DNA from: the human T2T-CHM13v2.0 reference genome, Homo sapiens
Length of the DNA: 64,000 nt
Assembly (NCBI RefSeq): GCF_009914755.1
Contig: NC_060937.1
Reading direction: 5' to 3' (one strand)
Shown here: positions 27,481 to 41,697 of the stretch, one piece after another
Numbering within the stretch: the stretch's first letter is position 1
How the letters are laid out: each line of letters begins with the position of its first letter
Translations under genes and position numbers: made by a program
The notes under the pieces: generated by a model
What the model saw: only the letters and a program-made list of their open reading frames with translations
Database searches by the model: none
Told to the model about the DNA's origin: nothing

Positions 27481-29199
27481 AACTCTGAGTTGTTCTGCCT
27501 TTTTAATGACTTTACTGCCCTCCTTTCCTTTACTCTCTTTTCCTTGTCCCTTTCTGCTTCCCTTCTCTAAATTAAGTAACGAGGAAGGGAAGGAGGAGAA
27601 CAACACTGTGTAGGGGACAGAAAACTTTCATTTCTTTCTGTTCTTATTTCCAATGTCGCTCTGCTCTGATTCCTACTAAGAAAAAGTGCAAAATATTTCA
27701 ATTCTTTATGCCCAAATGACTTTCTCGTTAAAAAACGACCTTTCCAGTCATCTTTGTGTAACTATGAGGTATTGGTAATATTTTCATCAAATAGGCTTCA
27801 AGGAGATAAAAGCACTCCCCAGGCAATAGAGTTTCAGGACACAACTGCCAAACACACACCCAGGGGAATGAACACAGGGTTTCTTCCTCTCCCATTTCAA
27901 TCAAAGAGTGCCAGGAAACGCAATGGTAATAAGAAGATGATATAAATGAAATTGAACACTAAATTTTCACTGAAATATAAAGAAAAAAATTTAACATCAA
28001 AAATTAAAATTAAAGCATAAAAAATTTAAAATGAAATTAATCCACTATACCAAATTTTCCAGTTTTGTACTTTTTACCATGACTTCCAGGTTTCTAAATA
28101 TGTATTCATGTTACAGAACATATATTTCATTCTATAATATTTTTTTCTCCCCTTTATTCTTCTGCAAACCTCAACAACTCATTACAGTCTAACTGGAAAG
28201 CTATTTCCATTTTCTTCTTGAAAGGTCTCTTTGGGTACACTGTAGACATTTGAGAAATGTAGACCAGCAAAATCAACTGAGTAGTACCATGCACATTACA
28301 CTTAATATTTGCAGGAGTATTTTTATTTCCCTTAATCTTTAAAAATATTCAATTCTTTTTTTAAAAAAAAAATTCATTGTCAGTGCAGTTATTTGGAAAA
28401 AAATAAGGTCTGAATTGTCTATAAATAAAATAAATACTTTGTACACATTCATATATCCATTAAGAATAATGTTAAATTTAGCCAGGTTTTCAAAAGAGAA
28501 CCTGCTCTGATATTAATAGCTAAAATGTATTTGATATATTTTACAAGCTTTTGTTCTACTTCATTAAAATTAAACCAATATTAACACAATTTTTCATGCT
28601 AGCATGAAAAACTCTGGTACATAAAAACCCATGTGAATGTTTGCATTTTAATATTACAGTCGAAATAAAATGTATGAGTTTATAGCCATGTCTTATTACA
28701 AACACAGTTAAATATAAGTGTTGTGACTTTATTCTTTTTTTCATTTAAAAGGAAAACATGATGTACTAGAATTATTTAGAGCAACTCATTTCTCTCTTCT
28801 GCTTATAATGTATGATGCACTAATCTCTAGTAACAGACTTTTATTCAAAAGGGAGAAACGATCACTTTAAAAATAATGTCACTTATTTAAATAATTCAGA
28901 ACCAAAAAAAGGCACTGCAAATACATTTTGAACTAGTGCAAAGAAACTAACTCCCTCAAATGATTATCCAATCTGTGCTTTTGTAAAGTGAAAAACATAA
29001 TAATGAAATTTTAATCAGTTTCCTAATACATTTTGTATAAACATTATTTATTCCAAAAGACAGAGTATTAAAAAAACTTTAAAAATAATATTATAAAATT
29101 TTCAACATACTGATGTTCAAAAATATCATCTTATAGAATATTCTGAGATATATATATATAATATTATGTAACTTATTAATGTGCAACAATCACTTTGTA

Positions 29200-30150
29200 T
29201 TTTTTAGGTCCAACTAGACATCTCTCTTTCTTGCACTCCAGTTTCTTGCTTCTGAAAAATTACCTTACATTGTCTCTAGATATCTCAACAGAATTTCCAA
29301 GATATGATGTCCCAATTTTAAAAAATGTATCCCCAAATCTATCGTTTTCTTTTCTCTAGTGTCTTTCCTCTTTTACTAATGGCAAAGCATTTCTAGTCAG
29401 TCAGGCTACAGATACCTAGGTCATTTTCTAGTTTTTGCTTCATACTTCACGGAGTGTGGCAGCCAGTCACGCCAGCTACGCCTCTGAAACGTCTTCCTGT
29501 GCGATGGGTACTTGCAGTGGCCTTTGCCATTTTCTTCTTCAGTTCAGGTATCTTACCTGCATATTTTAACAAGCTTTATCTTCATCTCCCTGTCTCCACT
29601 TCTGCATTTTCAGATGTACTTACTATCATATTATCAATCATTTTTCAAAAATACCTCTCTGATACCGTCAGTCATGCAGTCCTCTGCCCGAGTTAGCTAA
29701 TTAGCCCTTCTTGTCTCCACCAGGGCTTAGAGTTCTGATGTGCATCGTAAAGCTCTTGACTGGTGTGCTATCCCACCTCCAAACACTTGTCAATTATTTT
29801 TCACTGCCACCCTAGTCCTCACATTCTCAGGGATTGCCTGGGGTTCTGAAAAAAACTGAAAAGAATAGTTGGAACTATGAAGTAGCCATTCATCATATTT
29901 TCTGATTCACAACTATTCAAATATTCTTCTTTCATATTTTGCCTTCTTGATCTGACTTCATGAGACTTTTGCCTAAAAATCTTAGTGCCATGGACACTGC
30001 ATTTGGGCATCTCACTCCACCTGGACAGGTTGTTGGCCATTCCTAGGATGTGGTCAATTCCCTTAGCCCTTGTGGTGCTCTGTTCACACCATCTCTTCCC
30101 ACAATAGTCAAGCCACTGAGGGCCCAATATACCCATACAAAAGTCTGTTA
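29200..30150 (+). mobile_element. L2 fragments
   Basis: 'gatatctcaacagaatttccaag', 'aatggcaaagcatttctagtcagtcaggctacagatacctaggtcatt', similar to the L2 ORF2 3' region. Confidence 0.5.
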
Positions 30151-33100
30151 AACAATATTAAAAAAAATCTAGCACCATTTTCTGAATACTGAATATACCC
30201 TCTAATATGGAATCAACTACTCAAAGATCTTTTATATTACATTAGAAAGGTAGTATTTCTTTTTCAAAGCAAAAACTGGCTCTTGAATAGAGTTGTAATC
30301 AGAATTAGATAACTTGGAGATTCCTTTTGCATTTGCAAGTATTTGGAAAATAAAAATATAGTTAAATATTCAAATACATCTTGACTTATTCATGGGCATT
30401 GATATGTTTATGTAAGGTTAATTATTTAATCAAAATAATTTAAAATAATTTGACAAGAGAATTATACAGAGAACCCTGTTTTATTTAACGTATCTATCTT
30501 ATTCTGTGTAACCCTTACTATATACAATCATGTAACGAAGTTAAAGATAAAACATTCTCTACTAAATAACTACCAGAATTTTATATTGACTTGTGCAGCA
30601 ACAAAGCACTTGCAAGGAGGCAAAAACCTAAACTGTTGAGAGAATGGGAGCTGTGCTATAGGAATGGCTCTAATTTCACTCTAGTAGGGCAGTTTTTCCA
30701 TATGCTACATTGAGTATTTCTGTTGTACATCTGTTGCATGACAAACATAAAATGGTTGGGTTCACTATCAATTATAGGCTGGAACAAGTAAGATTTCAAT
30801 TACAACAGGAGAGCAAAACAGCTGGGAAATCCCCGAAGGGAGGTGCAAGAACCAAGGGGGTGAAGCAGGCATCATAATGGTACATTGCACACTACTAATT
30901 AGAGAGAGATGAAGTCAAGTTAAAAGAAAATATACCCCTGGATGCTCTGTTTTGTAGAAGCCATTTGGGTACTGAAAACGGTACCTCGGTGGCTTGTCTC
31001 TCTGAATTCTCATGTAATTGTTGCCTCATGAGCAGCTTAAATAAAAACTGTAGCATGAAGGTATGTTATTTTTTAAGGATAATTTATTTTTCAAAAAATA
31101 AATGTGATTAAATCTAAGCATTTCTGTAATATCCAAATTTATTAAAAGACAGATAGCTTTAAAAGGTAGCAAAATTTAAAAATGAAGAAAATGACGATGA
31201 GTTTTACAACAGCCTACAGCCACCTAAATAAGGAATGCATAAATATAGGCACATATAAAAGTCTTCTTGACAAACATATGTATGAAAAAATCAGGGATCG
31301 TTCTACTACTATGTGTACTCCATGAAAATTATGTGATTTCCCCCCACGCTTGTTTTTCATGTTTAACTAAGTGAACTAGAAGCAGTGAAAATTAAAACAG
31401 CATAATATGCTATTGAAAATAAATTCTTTTCTCACATAGTTAAGATCAAGGGATATAATTAGGAATTAGCTATAGGTTATAAAATGTTAAGCAATTTAAA
31501 CAGCAAATTTTCTCTTTCATTTTTATACTCAACATATTTCATAACAATAAAGAAAACAAGAATAATAATAATTTTAAAATGATGCCATATTTGAAAAGTC
31601 TGATCTATAACCCATTCCATCCACTTTTGTTGGAGATTCACTTTTGTTGAGCTATGTGAATATCTTACATAACAATATCAAATATAATAAAAATTATTAT
31701 TTTGACAAATGTTAATGGAAACACTAATGTTTACTTTGTAGCTCAAAAATGGCTGCTATGAAAAATGGAGGGTTTAACATAAATGTGAAGTTTTATCTGG
31801 AGTCCTCCCACAATGATTCTATTGCTTTATTTTTCCTACTAGAAAAGTACTTGGGAAAATATACAATCATGGCATTAGTTCCGGTAAAAGTGATTATGGG
31901 ATCAGTTAAGACAATGTGAGAAAAACTATGACATTCCAAAAGGAGAAATTACAGATGTTAGAGAACAGCTGGAGGTGAGGATGAGGGGAGGGAGAATCTA
32001 GCATAACTCCAGGATTCTTAGCTTGGGAAATTAGGAGCAGAAAAGGTAGGAGAGAATTTAATAGGAATATTAGCATAGACTTCTCTAGGCACACAATATG
32101 ATACTTTACTAACATCAAATGTAGCTTCATTTAACTTCATAATTTAAAATTATGTTTTTCCTTAATTTTTCTTATACATGGTATGGTCATTTTTGAAATC
32201 CAATAAATCCTCATATAGTCACCTTTATGTCTGAGGGCAACATCTGCTACAAAATAATTTACCTATGACCTAAGTCTTATTTAAACATTATACTGAAAAA
32301 GAAAATTTATTTCCCTTACTTGCTCTCCCTATGTATACATAGTAAATTAATTCTAATGTGGTTCAAATCCCACTCCTGAAAGCTATCTGCATTGAACAGA
32401 AAAGTGTAATTCTTGGCCCCTCTTCCTCTCTCGCCCTTTTCCTTTGAAACTTTTTTTAGGCTTTGTATGAGACTTCCAAAAAAGCCCAGCATGGATCCCA
32501 TTGACGATTTGACCTCTTTTAGCCCCCAAAATTCTGTGTTATTTTCCTCATATTATAGAAATAGGGACATTTCATCTCTTTTCTGAACTTAGAATAGCAT
32601 AAAATTACTTCCAATTTGTGAATAAAATGACAAAATAGCATCAATTTTTGTATACATCAGTGTTTTTGTAATGACATTAACTGTTAATCCTAAGATTTCA
32701 AAAATAAGAATAAAATATCATCTCCTGTTTTGGGTAATGGGAATTCAATATTATAAAACTATTCCAAGCACTAATGAAGAGGGAAAGTAATGAATTGGAT
32801 GAGGGTGAAGGGAGTGATTTTCTTTTCAGATCTGGTAGTGTGAGATGTCTCTCTAACTCAGATATATAGGAAGGAATCAGGCAGTGTTTCAAAATTAAAT
32901 TCAGAAACATGCCCAGCCTCTATGGAAACCACGAAAGAAGGGCTCTGTATGACAGGCAACAGCAAAATTGCAGCTGCTGAGATTGTGTGTGTAGCCAAGT
33001 GCCACTTCACTCTTGATCTATGTTAAGCTGACTGAAGGAAGAAAATCAATTACTATCGGCAGTGAACTTCAGGTAGACCCAGGTTTGAGATGCCAGCTAC

Positions 33101-34292
33101 ACACAGGTGTGTGCCCTCAGCAAAGATAATTCTGACTGAACATTCATTAAGAAGGGGTGCTACTGTATTCCCTGCTTTGAGATTTAAGTGGTTGTATTTT
33201 ACATGTAGACAGAGACAGATGGAAAAGCCCAAATATTGTAAACCTCCCAACATCACCAACAAAAATATCTGCCTTTACTAGTTAAAACTTTTCTAGAAGA
33301 CTAGGTCTATTAAAGAAGTATTCAGCTACACACATGCACATACATACACACACACACACACATATACATGCAATTACACACACGTTATAAAATGCTCTGG
33401 TGAACACAGTCTAAACTTATTAAAATTAAAATACAAAGGCCACATGTATTGAATATTTGCTGTTGCCTTCAGACTGGAATCCACTTCATTTATTCTAGTA
33501 ACAGTGTCCAAATTTGCTCCGGACAAACGTCTTCACCTTCAGTCTCTGAATCTGAGGCCAAGGACAAGCAAGGCCCATTAGAAACAGCACCTTCTGTCCT
33601 CACAGACACTAATATTTGTTCAGGGATGGCCTTGTGGCTCATTTTCATAGGGAGATGGGGTGAATATCACAGCTAATGTGTACACTCTGGAGAAGACTGC
33701 ATGCTGAGAACATATGAGCTGGGCCTACTTCTGGGGCCCCATAGCAAAGTCTTTCAAAGGAACAACCCAGAGGAATGAGGTTAAGAGATGGTACCTGCTG
33801 GTGACAGTGTTTGGCTCTGAAATGAATGTATCCAAACTACAAGTCAACAAGTGTCCTTATAAATGCCCTTTTGGGGTGATATCATGTATGTAAGTGCATT
33901 CAGGGCTTAAATTACCAAACTTACTTCTGTGGTGTCCAATGCATGATGGAACGAGTAGACCTGACTCTAAAATGTAGCAATACTTCACTTTCTAATACAT
34001 TTTTTTTTCAAGAATATCTGAGCAACTACTGACAAAATGAAAAATGGGGAGTGAGTAGTGTGTGGAAAATCTGTGATTGAGTTCAGTTCTCAATCTAGTT
34101 AATTTAGAGAGGAAACCCTACAAATATTCAAATTACGATTTAATCCTGTATTTGATTTTATTTTCCAAATTCTTCATATTCAACACCATAAAAAAGATTA
34201 GTTTCTAGCATGAATCAGTGGATAAAATTTCAGAGAAATAAGACAAGAATATACTCCCAAACACTACAAACGGCATGAAAGTCCCTAAAATT

Positions 34293-34607
<315 letters not shown>

Positions 34608-34886
34608 CTAAGTAGCACGGTAACCATGAGTATCCAGCCTGTAAGAATTCTTTGTAAAGTGGAGAATGTCTAAAACTTATATTTCATGCAATGGTTGTTT
34701 TGGTTATTAGAGAAGTTACCTCATCCTGCCACATGTCCATGTTTTTGAAGTAATTTAGTCCAAAAAAGAAAAATAAAATCCAAAAAGCACTTCTCATATT
34801 CTTATAGAATCTTAGGTAGCATGTTCATACTCTCTAGGGCAAAGAAAATAAAATGTTAAAAGAAAGCCCAAAAGCCACGAGCATAT

Positions 34887-35737
34887 TGTTTAGGGAAACT
34901 TGGGGTGTTGCTTCACCAGCCAGAAAACTCTATGGCCACTGGTGCCTTTGCCTGAGTTTTGCTTGTCTGGATGAGTCTGGGTTTTTTACGGGTTTCAGAG
35001 GGGAAAAGTGTATGCTGACTCGTCCATAGGCAGCCATGGGTGGGCCTGAAAAAAGAGCCATAAGTTCTCACTCCAGTCTGCAGCCAGGCCCCCAGCCTTC
35101 AAGCCGCCCTGGCTTGAAGGTGGGGCTTCACGAGGGACCTGCCCCTTTCTGCCCAGGAACCTGTCTGCCTCCGACCGCTGTTCATAGTGCCCAGGCTTAT
35201 GCTAAGGGGCAGCTGTAGGCCAGTGCCAAGCTGCCCTCAGCCCCACTTCAGCCTCCCTCCCATGCTCATCGGTGCCCAAAGTCCAGAGGGGGCTGAGGCA
35301 GCAGGGAGCTGGCATCTCAGCGCTGCCGTGAGCGTGTGTTCACCTGGCCAAGTTGTGACAGCGCCCTGGATCAGCCTCACCTTTGCTTTGAGATCTGGCG
35401 CGGGAAGCAGGGAGAGGCTAAGCAGCAGGACCAGGCATTTCTGAGCCCGTGTGGGCAGGGAGGCTTCCTGGGTCCCCAAGAGTGAAGAGATGCCTGGGTC
35501 CACAGCCATGGGTTGGGTGGCTATAGCTGCGACTGGGAAGTCAGGGATCCTGCCTGCTCCCGGCCCCCAAGTGCACAGGGATGCCTGGATCCACAGCGCT
35601 AGCTTGGGCAGCAGCCGCTGCACCTAGGAGGGCAGTGCTCCTGCTTGCTCCGTGGAGGACACAGTGCCAACTGCGCCTCCCTCACTGCAGCTGGCATCAC
35701 GGCAGTGGCTGCTCCATATGGGCCGCCACTGCCATCA
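34887..35737 (-). mobile_element. MER52-family ERV1 solo LTR (internally shortened)
   Basis: GC-rich. The minus strand starts TGATGGCAGTGGCGGCCCATATGGAGCAGCC (MER52 5' end) and ends ...GTGAAGCAACACCCCAAG...AACA; TG...CA termini; 4-bp TSD ATAT/ATAC. Confidence 0.8.
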
Positions 35738-36872
35738 ATACTTTTGCCATAGGTTGTGGAACAATTCCCCAAAAAGGAAAATGTTAAGTTCTCAAACTCA
35801 ATGTGTCCCTCATAGTTAAATGTAACTTATAGCTTTGTGTATTATTTTAATACTACTACTAATAATAAATAGTTACAACATGCATAAATATACTTTATCA
35901 TATAAACACACACATATGGGCCTTTCAAGACACAGATTAAGCTGGTAAATATGTATTTACATACTTCAAGTGGGGATCAGTACAATGATAGCTGATAATG
36001 TCATCCATGTATTTAGAGAGTTTAAAATATGGATTATCAACAAGATGGGCCATAACATTTCTACTGAGGCCATTACAATCCAGGATGTAAACACACATAG
36101 ATAATGCAGGGGGAAAAAAAGACCAATAAAAAAAAAAAAAAACAGCTTATATACAAGCAGTGAATTAAAGCTTTCTGGGAGCTAAATACAGGATACTGGT
36201 ATATATTTAGAAAATGATTTGTAAAGAACTTGGAAAAAAATTACTAAACACGTAATACCTTTTCAATAGCAAAACCAAATTTTGTTTTGTCTAAATATGC
36301 AAGGAAATCTCAAATGTCAATAAAAATTAGTTAACATATTTTGTTAATAAGCAGATTTCAATCTCGCTGACTGATAGAATATATGAATGCCTTTTTTCAC
36401 TACCAACATGTTGACCAGATGTTTTTTTAGCCACCTAAAATACTAGAAGTGGAAAACAATTAAATCACCTAAAATAATGTAAATATTTCTTTCATATTTT
36501 TAAAAACTGTATTTTTAGGAATATGATTCATATTGTTTGTCTTGTGAGAGTTATTACATTCCTTTTTCTTTATTTTTCTCTTGCTTTATATTTTATCTTC
36601 GCTTTCCTTCTCGTTCACTTCTTGCCAGAAATAAAATTATTATTCACTGTATTAAGCTAGAGTCCCTTTGTATCAGGTGAATATCCATCTCTGAAAAACA
36701 TATGCCTATGACTAAGAAAGTTTTTTAAACACTGAGCAAAATTATCAACAATTTTTAAAGTATATTTTCTTTTCCTTGATTTTCTATGCAAAGGCTGTAA
36801 TAGTAAAACTTGCTATGAAAGAGAACAAAATCTTCCTCTGGGCATTCTATCAATCTCTCTCCCTTTCTCATA

Positions 36873-36873
<1 letters not shown>

Positions 36874-36910
<37 letters not shown>

Positions 36911-36912
36911 AC
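36874..36912. repeat. (CA)n microsatellite
   Basis: Direct reading. Confidence 0.95.
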
Positions 36913-37344
36913 AGAGTATATCACTAAATCCAGTTTTTCCTGATAAATAAGATAACTTATTAAAAGCTGATTTCAAAATTCAAATGAATGATTTCCCCCA
37001 TTTTTCTGATCAGGTAAATAAATAAATATTAGAAACTAGACACACAAAATAAAAATATGTCTAAATAACACATCTTCTAAGTTGAATACACTAAACCTAT
37101 TAAGTAACCTCTCTTTTAGAAAAGATTTGCATTAATGTTGTCACCAAAAAGATTGATTTAAAATCATTTTCATACACCTAAATATTCATGTAAAGCATTC
37201 AAGTTGTTTCTTTAATAAAATTGATTCCATAATAGGTTGTTTTCCTTTTTACTGTGATTATAAGCCATTTTAAAGTAAGACATTTGCTATTTCACACCAA
37301 CAAGTTTTTATAAAATACATTTCTATTTGTATGTATTTAAACTG

Positions 37345-37975
37345 AATATCCCCCCTTATGAGGGGGATGTGTTCTAAGATCCCTAGTGGGTGCCTGAAAC
37401 TGCAGGGGTTTTTTCTCCTGTACATACATACATAATAAAGTTTATAAGTTAGGCACAGTAAGAGATTAATGACAATAACTAATAATAAAATAGAAAATTC
37501 TAACAACATACAGTTCAACAATTTCACAAATAGAAGATTCATTCTTACAGATCTTAGCAATCTCAGCATACTATTTTTTTCCTTGTTAATTCCAGAGCTT
37601 TCACCTATTAACTTAAAAGGAAGCATTTTATGACGTCTTTTCGACATATCTGAAGTGCCAGCATCACTACTCATGAGCTTTGGGGGCCATTATTCAGTAA
37701 AATAAAAGTTACTTGAACACAATCATTGCAATACTGCAGGTCAATCTTCTACTAAGTGACTAACGAGCAGGCAGCATATAGAGCCCAGAGACAGAAGATG
37801 CACAGGCCACATGGGATGGAGCAGGACAGTGTGAGATTTCATCACGCTACTCAGAGGCGGCAACGTAAAAGTTATTGTTTATTTCCAAAATTTTCCATAC
37901 AATATATTCAAATGGTGGTTGACCATGGGTAACTGAATCTCCAGAAAGGGAAATCTTTTATAAGAGGAGCCATTA
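37345..37975 (+). mobile_element. MER44/Tigger7-derived DNA transposon fossil
   Basis: 'cccccttatgagggggatgtgttctaagatccctagtgggtgcctgaaac', 'aagttaggcacagtaagagattaa', 'gagatttcatcacgctactcaga', 'ggttgaccatgggtaactgaa'. Confidence 0.8.
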
Positions 37976-38640
37976 TGATTATTTGTGTATTTGTGTATGT
38001 GTGTTTATGTTTTTAGTTTGATTCTTCCACTATCTCTGATTTCTTATTACCCATAGCTTATAAGAAACACCAATCTCCTGTATTTCAGCGTATCTCCTAT
38101 ATCCATGCCTAAAAAGCAAGTAATATTTGAATAAAAGATGTATTGCTTTTACTTAAAAGAATGATTTCCCCTCCTATTTTGCTATATTAGAAGAGAATAT
38201 TAAAAGTATTAAGCTTAATAAAAATAAGCTATATATATAATTATGGGACATTTACAATTTAGAAATAACTAACATACTTTTTAAACTCTACAATTACATT
38301 TTTCACCTCTGCTTTTGCTAAAACCAGACAAGATTATATTCAAGTGGCCATTCACATTTTATTGTTTTCTTACATTACCAAAAGATAAAAAAGTCATTTT
38401 AATTGTTTGTTAGAACTTAATCAATCAAACATTTACGCTTAAAAAGCATTAACAGCAGATCCTGAGTAGTATAATTTAATTGGTTTAATGTGGGAGTATT
38501 AATAAATATCCACACTCTGTCACTAATGGCTAAATATAAATAGCACGCTACAACCCAAATCTTATCATCAGTATGCAGTTTAGATAACACCACATACTCT
38601 GGGAATATGATTTCTAGAATGTATAAGAGGAGCCAAAATC

Positions 38641-38974
<334 letters not shown>

Positions 38975-39405
38975 TTATAAAGAGCATACAGTAACTTCAC
39001 TACCAAATATTCTGTGTGATCTCCTTTAAGTTAACAGTTCTAATAAATTAGCGTTTTAGAATATGATTCCTTTGTAGCAACTTTTATCATCTATTCAAGT
39101 CATAATAATTGGGTATCCAAAGATTTCTATTGCTTAATTTTTCTTCCATGGTAATATATTGATGATATATGGTCATTTGACCAATATTACTATAACCACT
39201 ACTATTAAGGTGCAAAATCCAGTGACATTCATCTGTTCTGTTAAACCAGAAAGAATACTTAATTTGGCAATGCATGTGGTTTTGTTAAATTATAGGTTGC
39301 AATACATTCTTCTTCAGGGTACAATGAATTTGATGAATTATCAGGTTTGTATCTACCCAGGTGTCCTATGGGATCCCATGTGATAAGACATTCAAGGATG
39401 ATACC

Positions 39406-39477
39406 ATATATATATGAAAATATATGACTATATATGACTATATATGACAATATATGACATCTATGACAATCATAGGT

Positions 39478-39546
<69 letters not shown>
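39406..39546. repeat. ~10-bp ATATATGAC(T/A) minisatellite followed by (TA)14(GA)n
   Basis: Direct reading. Confidence 0.9.
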
Positions 39547-39550
<4 letters not shown>

Positions 39551-40041
39551 AAATCTTACCTGGGAATGCCTTTAAGGCATGAGTGGAATGGGAGAACTGT
39601 GCCGCTTTAAGGTAATGAAATCTAGGAGAATCAGTAAATCTAACATCCAGCCTCAGGGAAGAATGTGTGATTAAGTCATTTGAAGAAGGCAAAGGAGCAG
39701 AAATCAGAGGTGTGTAATTGTGATTCAGACTCAGTGCCAATGAGAAATGAGATTGGAAGAAGTCTCTGGTAATATAAGGAGCTACCAATAGACGCTGCTT
39801 TTATCACCCGTAAGTCTTCAAGAAGAGCTACCAGAAACAGACATTGCTGAGAACGATGACTGACCTTGGTGCTGGCACATTAGCATACAGGGAATGTCAG
39901 GTCAGGCTGCATAGATGCCTGGGCACAGCTGTTCTTCAGTATGCATCACTCTACAGGGAAGGAAAGGTCAGTCCCTAGCGGCCACTTAATATCCTGGGGG
40001 AGAAGTAGATAGTTGTTCTTGCAATTTTCCACTTACCAATT

Positions 40042-40132
40042 TCCTTTTTAGTGGCACAAAATTATTGTTATAATAATACAATTATTGTTGTATTATAATA
40101 TTACAACAATAATTTTGTGCCACTAAAAAGGA
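40042..40132. repeat. Fold-back inverted repeat with perfect 28-bp arms
   Basis: TCCTTTTTAGTGGCACAAAATTATTGTT (40042-40069) is the exact reverse complement of 40105-40132. Confidence 0.93.
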
Positions 40133-40236
40133 GGTGCAGAAATCTTGACTGATTGCTTAAGAACACTAAAGTGACACCACTAGAGAAACATATTATTTTG
40201 ATGGTAAGGTACAACTATCAGAAAGTAAGTTCAATT

Positions 40237-40535
40237 GGCCAGTCATGGTGGCTCACGCCTGTAATGCCAGCATTTTGGGAGACCGAGGCAGGCGGATCAC
40301 CTGAGGTCAGGAGTTCAAGACCAGCCTGGCCAATATGGCGAAGCCCCATCTCTACTAAAAATGCAGAAACTAGCTGGGCATGGTGGCAGGCACCTGTAAT
40401 CCCATCTACTCAGGAGGCTGAGGCAGGAGGAACCTAGGAGGCGGAGTTTGCAGTGACCTAAGATTGTGCCACTGCACTCCAGCCTGGGCAACAAGAGTGA
40501 AACTCTGTCTCAAAAAAACAGAAAAAAAAAAAAAA
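40237..40535 (+). mobile_element. AluSx/Sq-like
   Basis: Full dimer with a small deletion; TSD AAAGTAAGTT(C/A)AATT. Confidence 0.95.
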
Positions 40536-41573
40536 GTAAGTTAAATTAGCAACATAATAGGAAAAGACATTAAACAACAAGGCATGGTTATCATTTCCTT
40601 TGTTCAGAAAGTTATCTGATAAATTTAAAATCTATTGAAGTTTCACTTAAAGATGATAACAAAAATGATTTCTTCCCTTGATGTGAAAATATATTCCAGT
40701 GATTATCCCCCTCATATTTGTTATTTTCCATTTGCAATGACTGCAAATTCTGACATGACTGTACATTGAGCTGAAGCATTAAAAAGTTTTAGTTCAAACA
40801 AAGGAATCAATCTTTGTAGGAAATATTTCTGTTTGAAAATACGCCCAGCTGATCTTTCAGATATCTTACATGGAGTCTCCTGTTCTTCTCAAGTTATATC
40901 ACAGTGTTAAATGCTTTGAAATAGTGTACTTACAGACAAGCTAGTCTTTTCTGAACTGAAATTTCGGACCTCCTTGAGGAAATTCTGCCTCTGACAACTT
41001 ACATATTTTCAAAGAAATGTTGAATTAAACCAATAGAAATCTAGTTTAGGCTCTTCTAACGCCTTTTGAATATGAGGCAATGTACCTACTTTCAAAGAAC
41101 TTGAAAATATAAAGTATAACAAAAGACAGGAAAGCATGTGAGAAACTCTTCTAAAATACATGCTGCCCTTAGACAATTTTCCTTTGAATTCTGCAACAAA
41201 AGCGTTAGTATCTAGAAATATTTCAACCTATTAGAGAAAAATAATCTCCTCTGACTGAATTGCAAAATTCTCGTCTGTATTATAAAGATTCACAAGCTCT
41301 TTAAAACAGAAATACAAATAAATTTATTGATAAAGGGCCTATTCAACATGTAACAGTAGGTTTATACAATGATGAATTGCAAAACTTCTCAAAAAAAAAT
41401 AACTTAAAATGAACAGTGATTTTTAAAAGTAAAATCTTTAAATTGTATGTCCATACTAAAAATTTAAGAGTTAAATTACACACATCTATGAGAAGTATGT
41501 ATTGTTTCATCTCTAGGAGTTTAGATTCTGAAGTTAAACTGCCTGAGTTCTATGTAACACCCACCCGCATCAC

Positions 41574-41576
<3 letters not shown>

Positions 41577-41617
<41 letters not shown>
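41577..41617. repeat. (CA)n microsatellite within a MIR-like segment
   Basis: Direct reading; flanks 'actgcctgagttc' and 'tgtgaccttgagcaagtta' are MIR-like. Confidence 0.9.
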
Positions 41618-41619
<2 letters not shown>

Positions 41620-41651
41620 ATTTTATTGACTCTGTGACCTTGAGCAAGTTA

Positions 41652-41697
41652 TTAGGTTGGTGCAAAAGTTATTGCGGATTTTGCCATTACTTTTAAT
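41652..41697. mobile_element. MADE1 (Hsmar1 MITE), one arm only
   Basis: TTAGGTTGGTGCAAAAGTTATTGCGGATTTTGCCATTACTTTTAAT matches the MADE1 terminal inverted repeat plus spacer; the second arm is missing. Confidence 0.88.

Noticed and set aside
32905-32914. p53 half-site AAACATGCCC
   Set aside because: No adjacent second half-site
35036-35787. Several ORFs up to 128 aa and a CpG-island-like look
   Set aside because: All lie within the GC-rich MER52 LTR
39971-39987. CTCF-like TGGCCGCTAGGGAC on the minus strand
   Set aside because: Lacks the GGC 3' core; poor match
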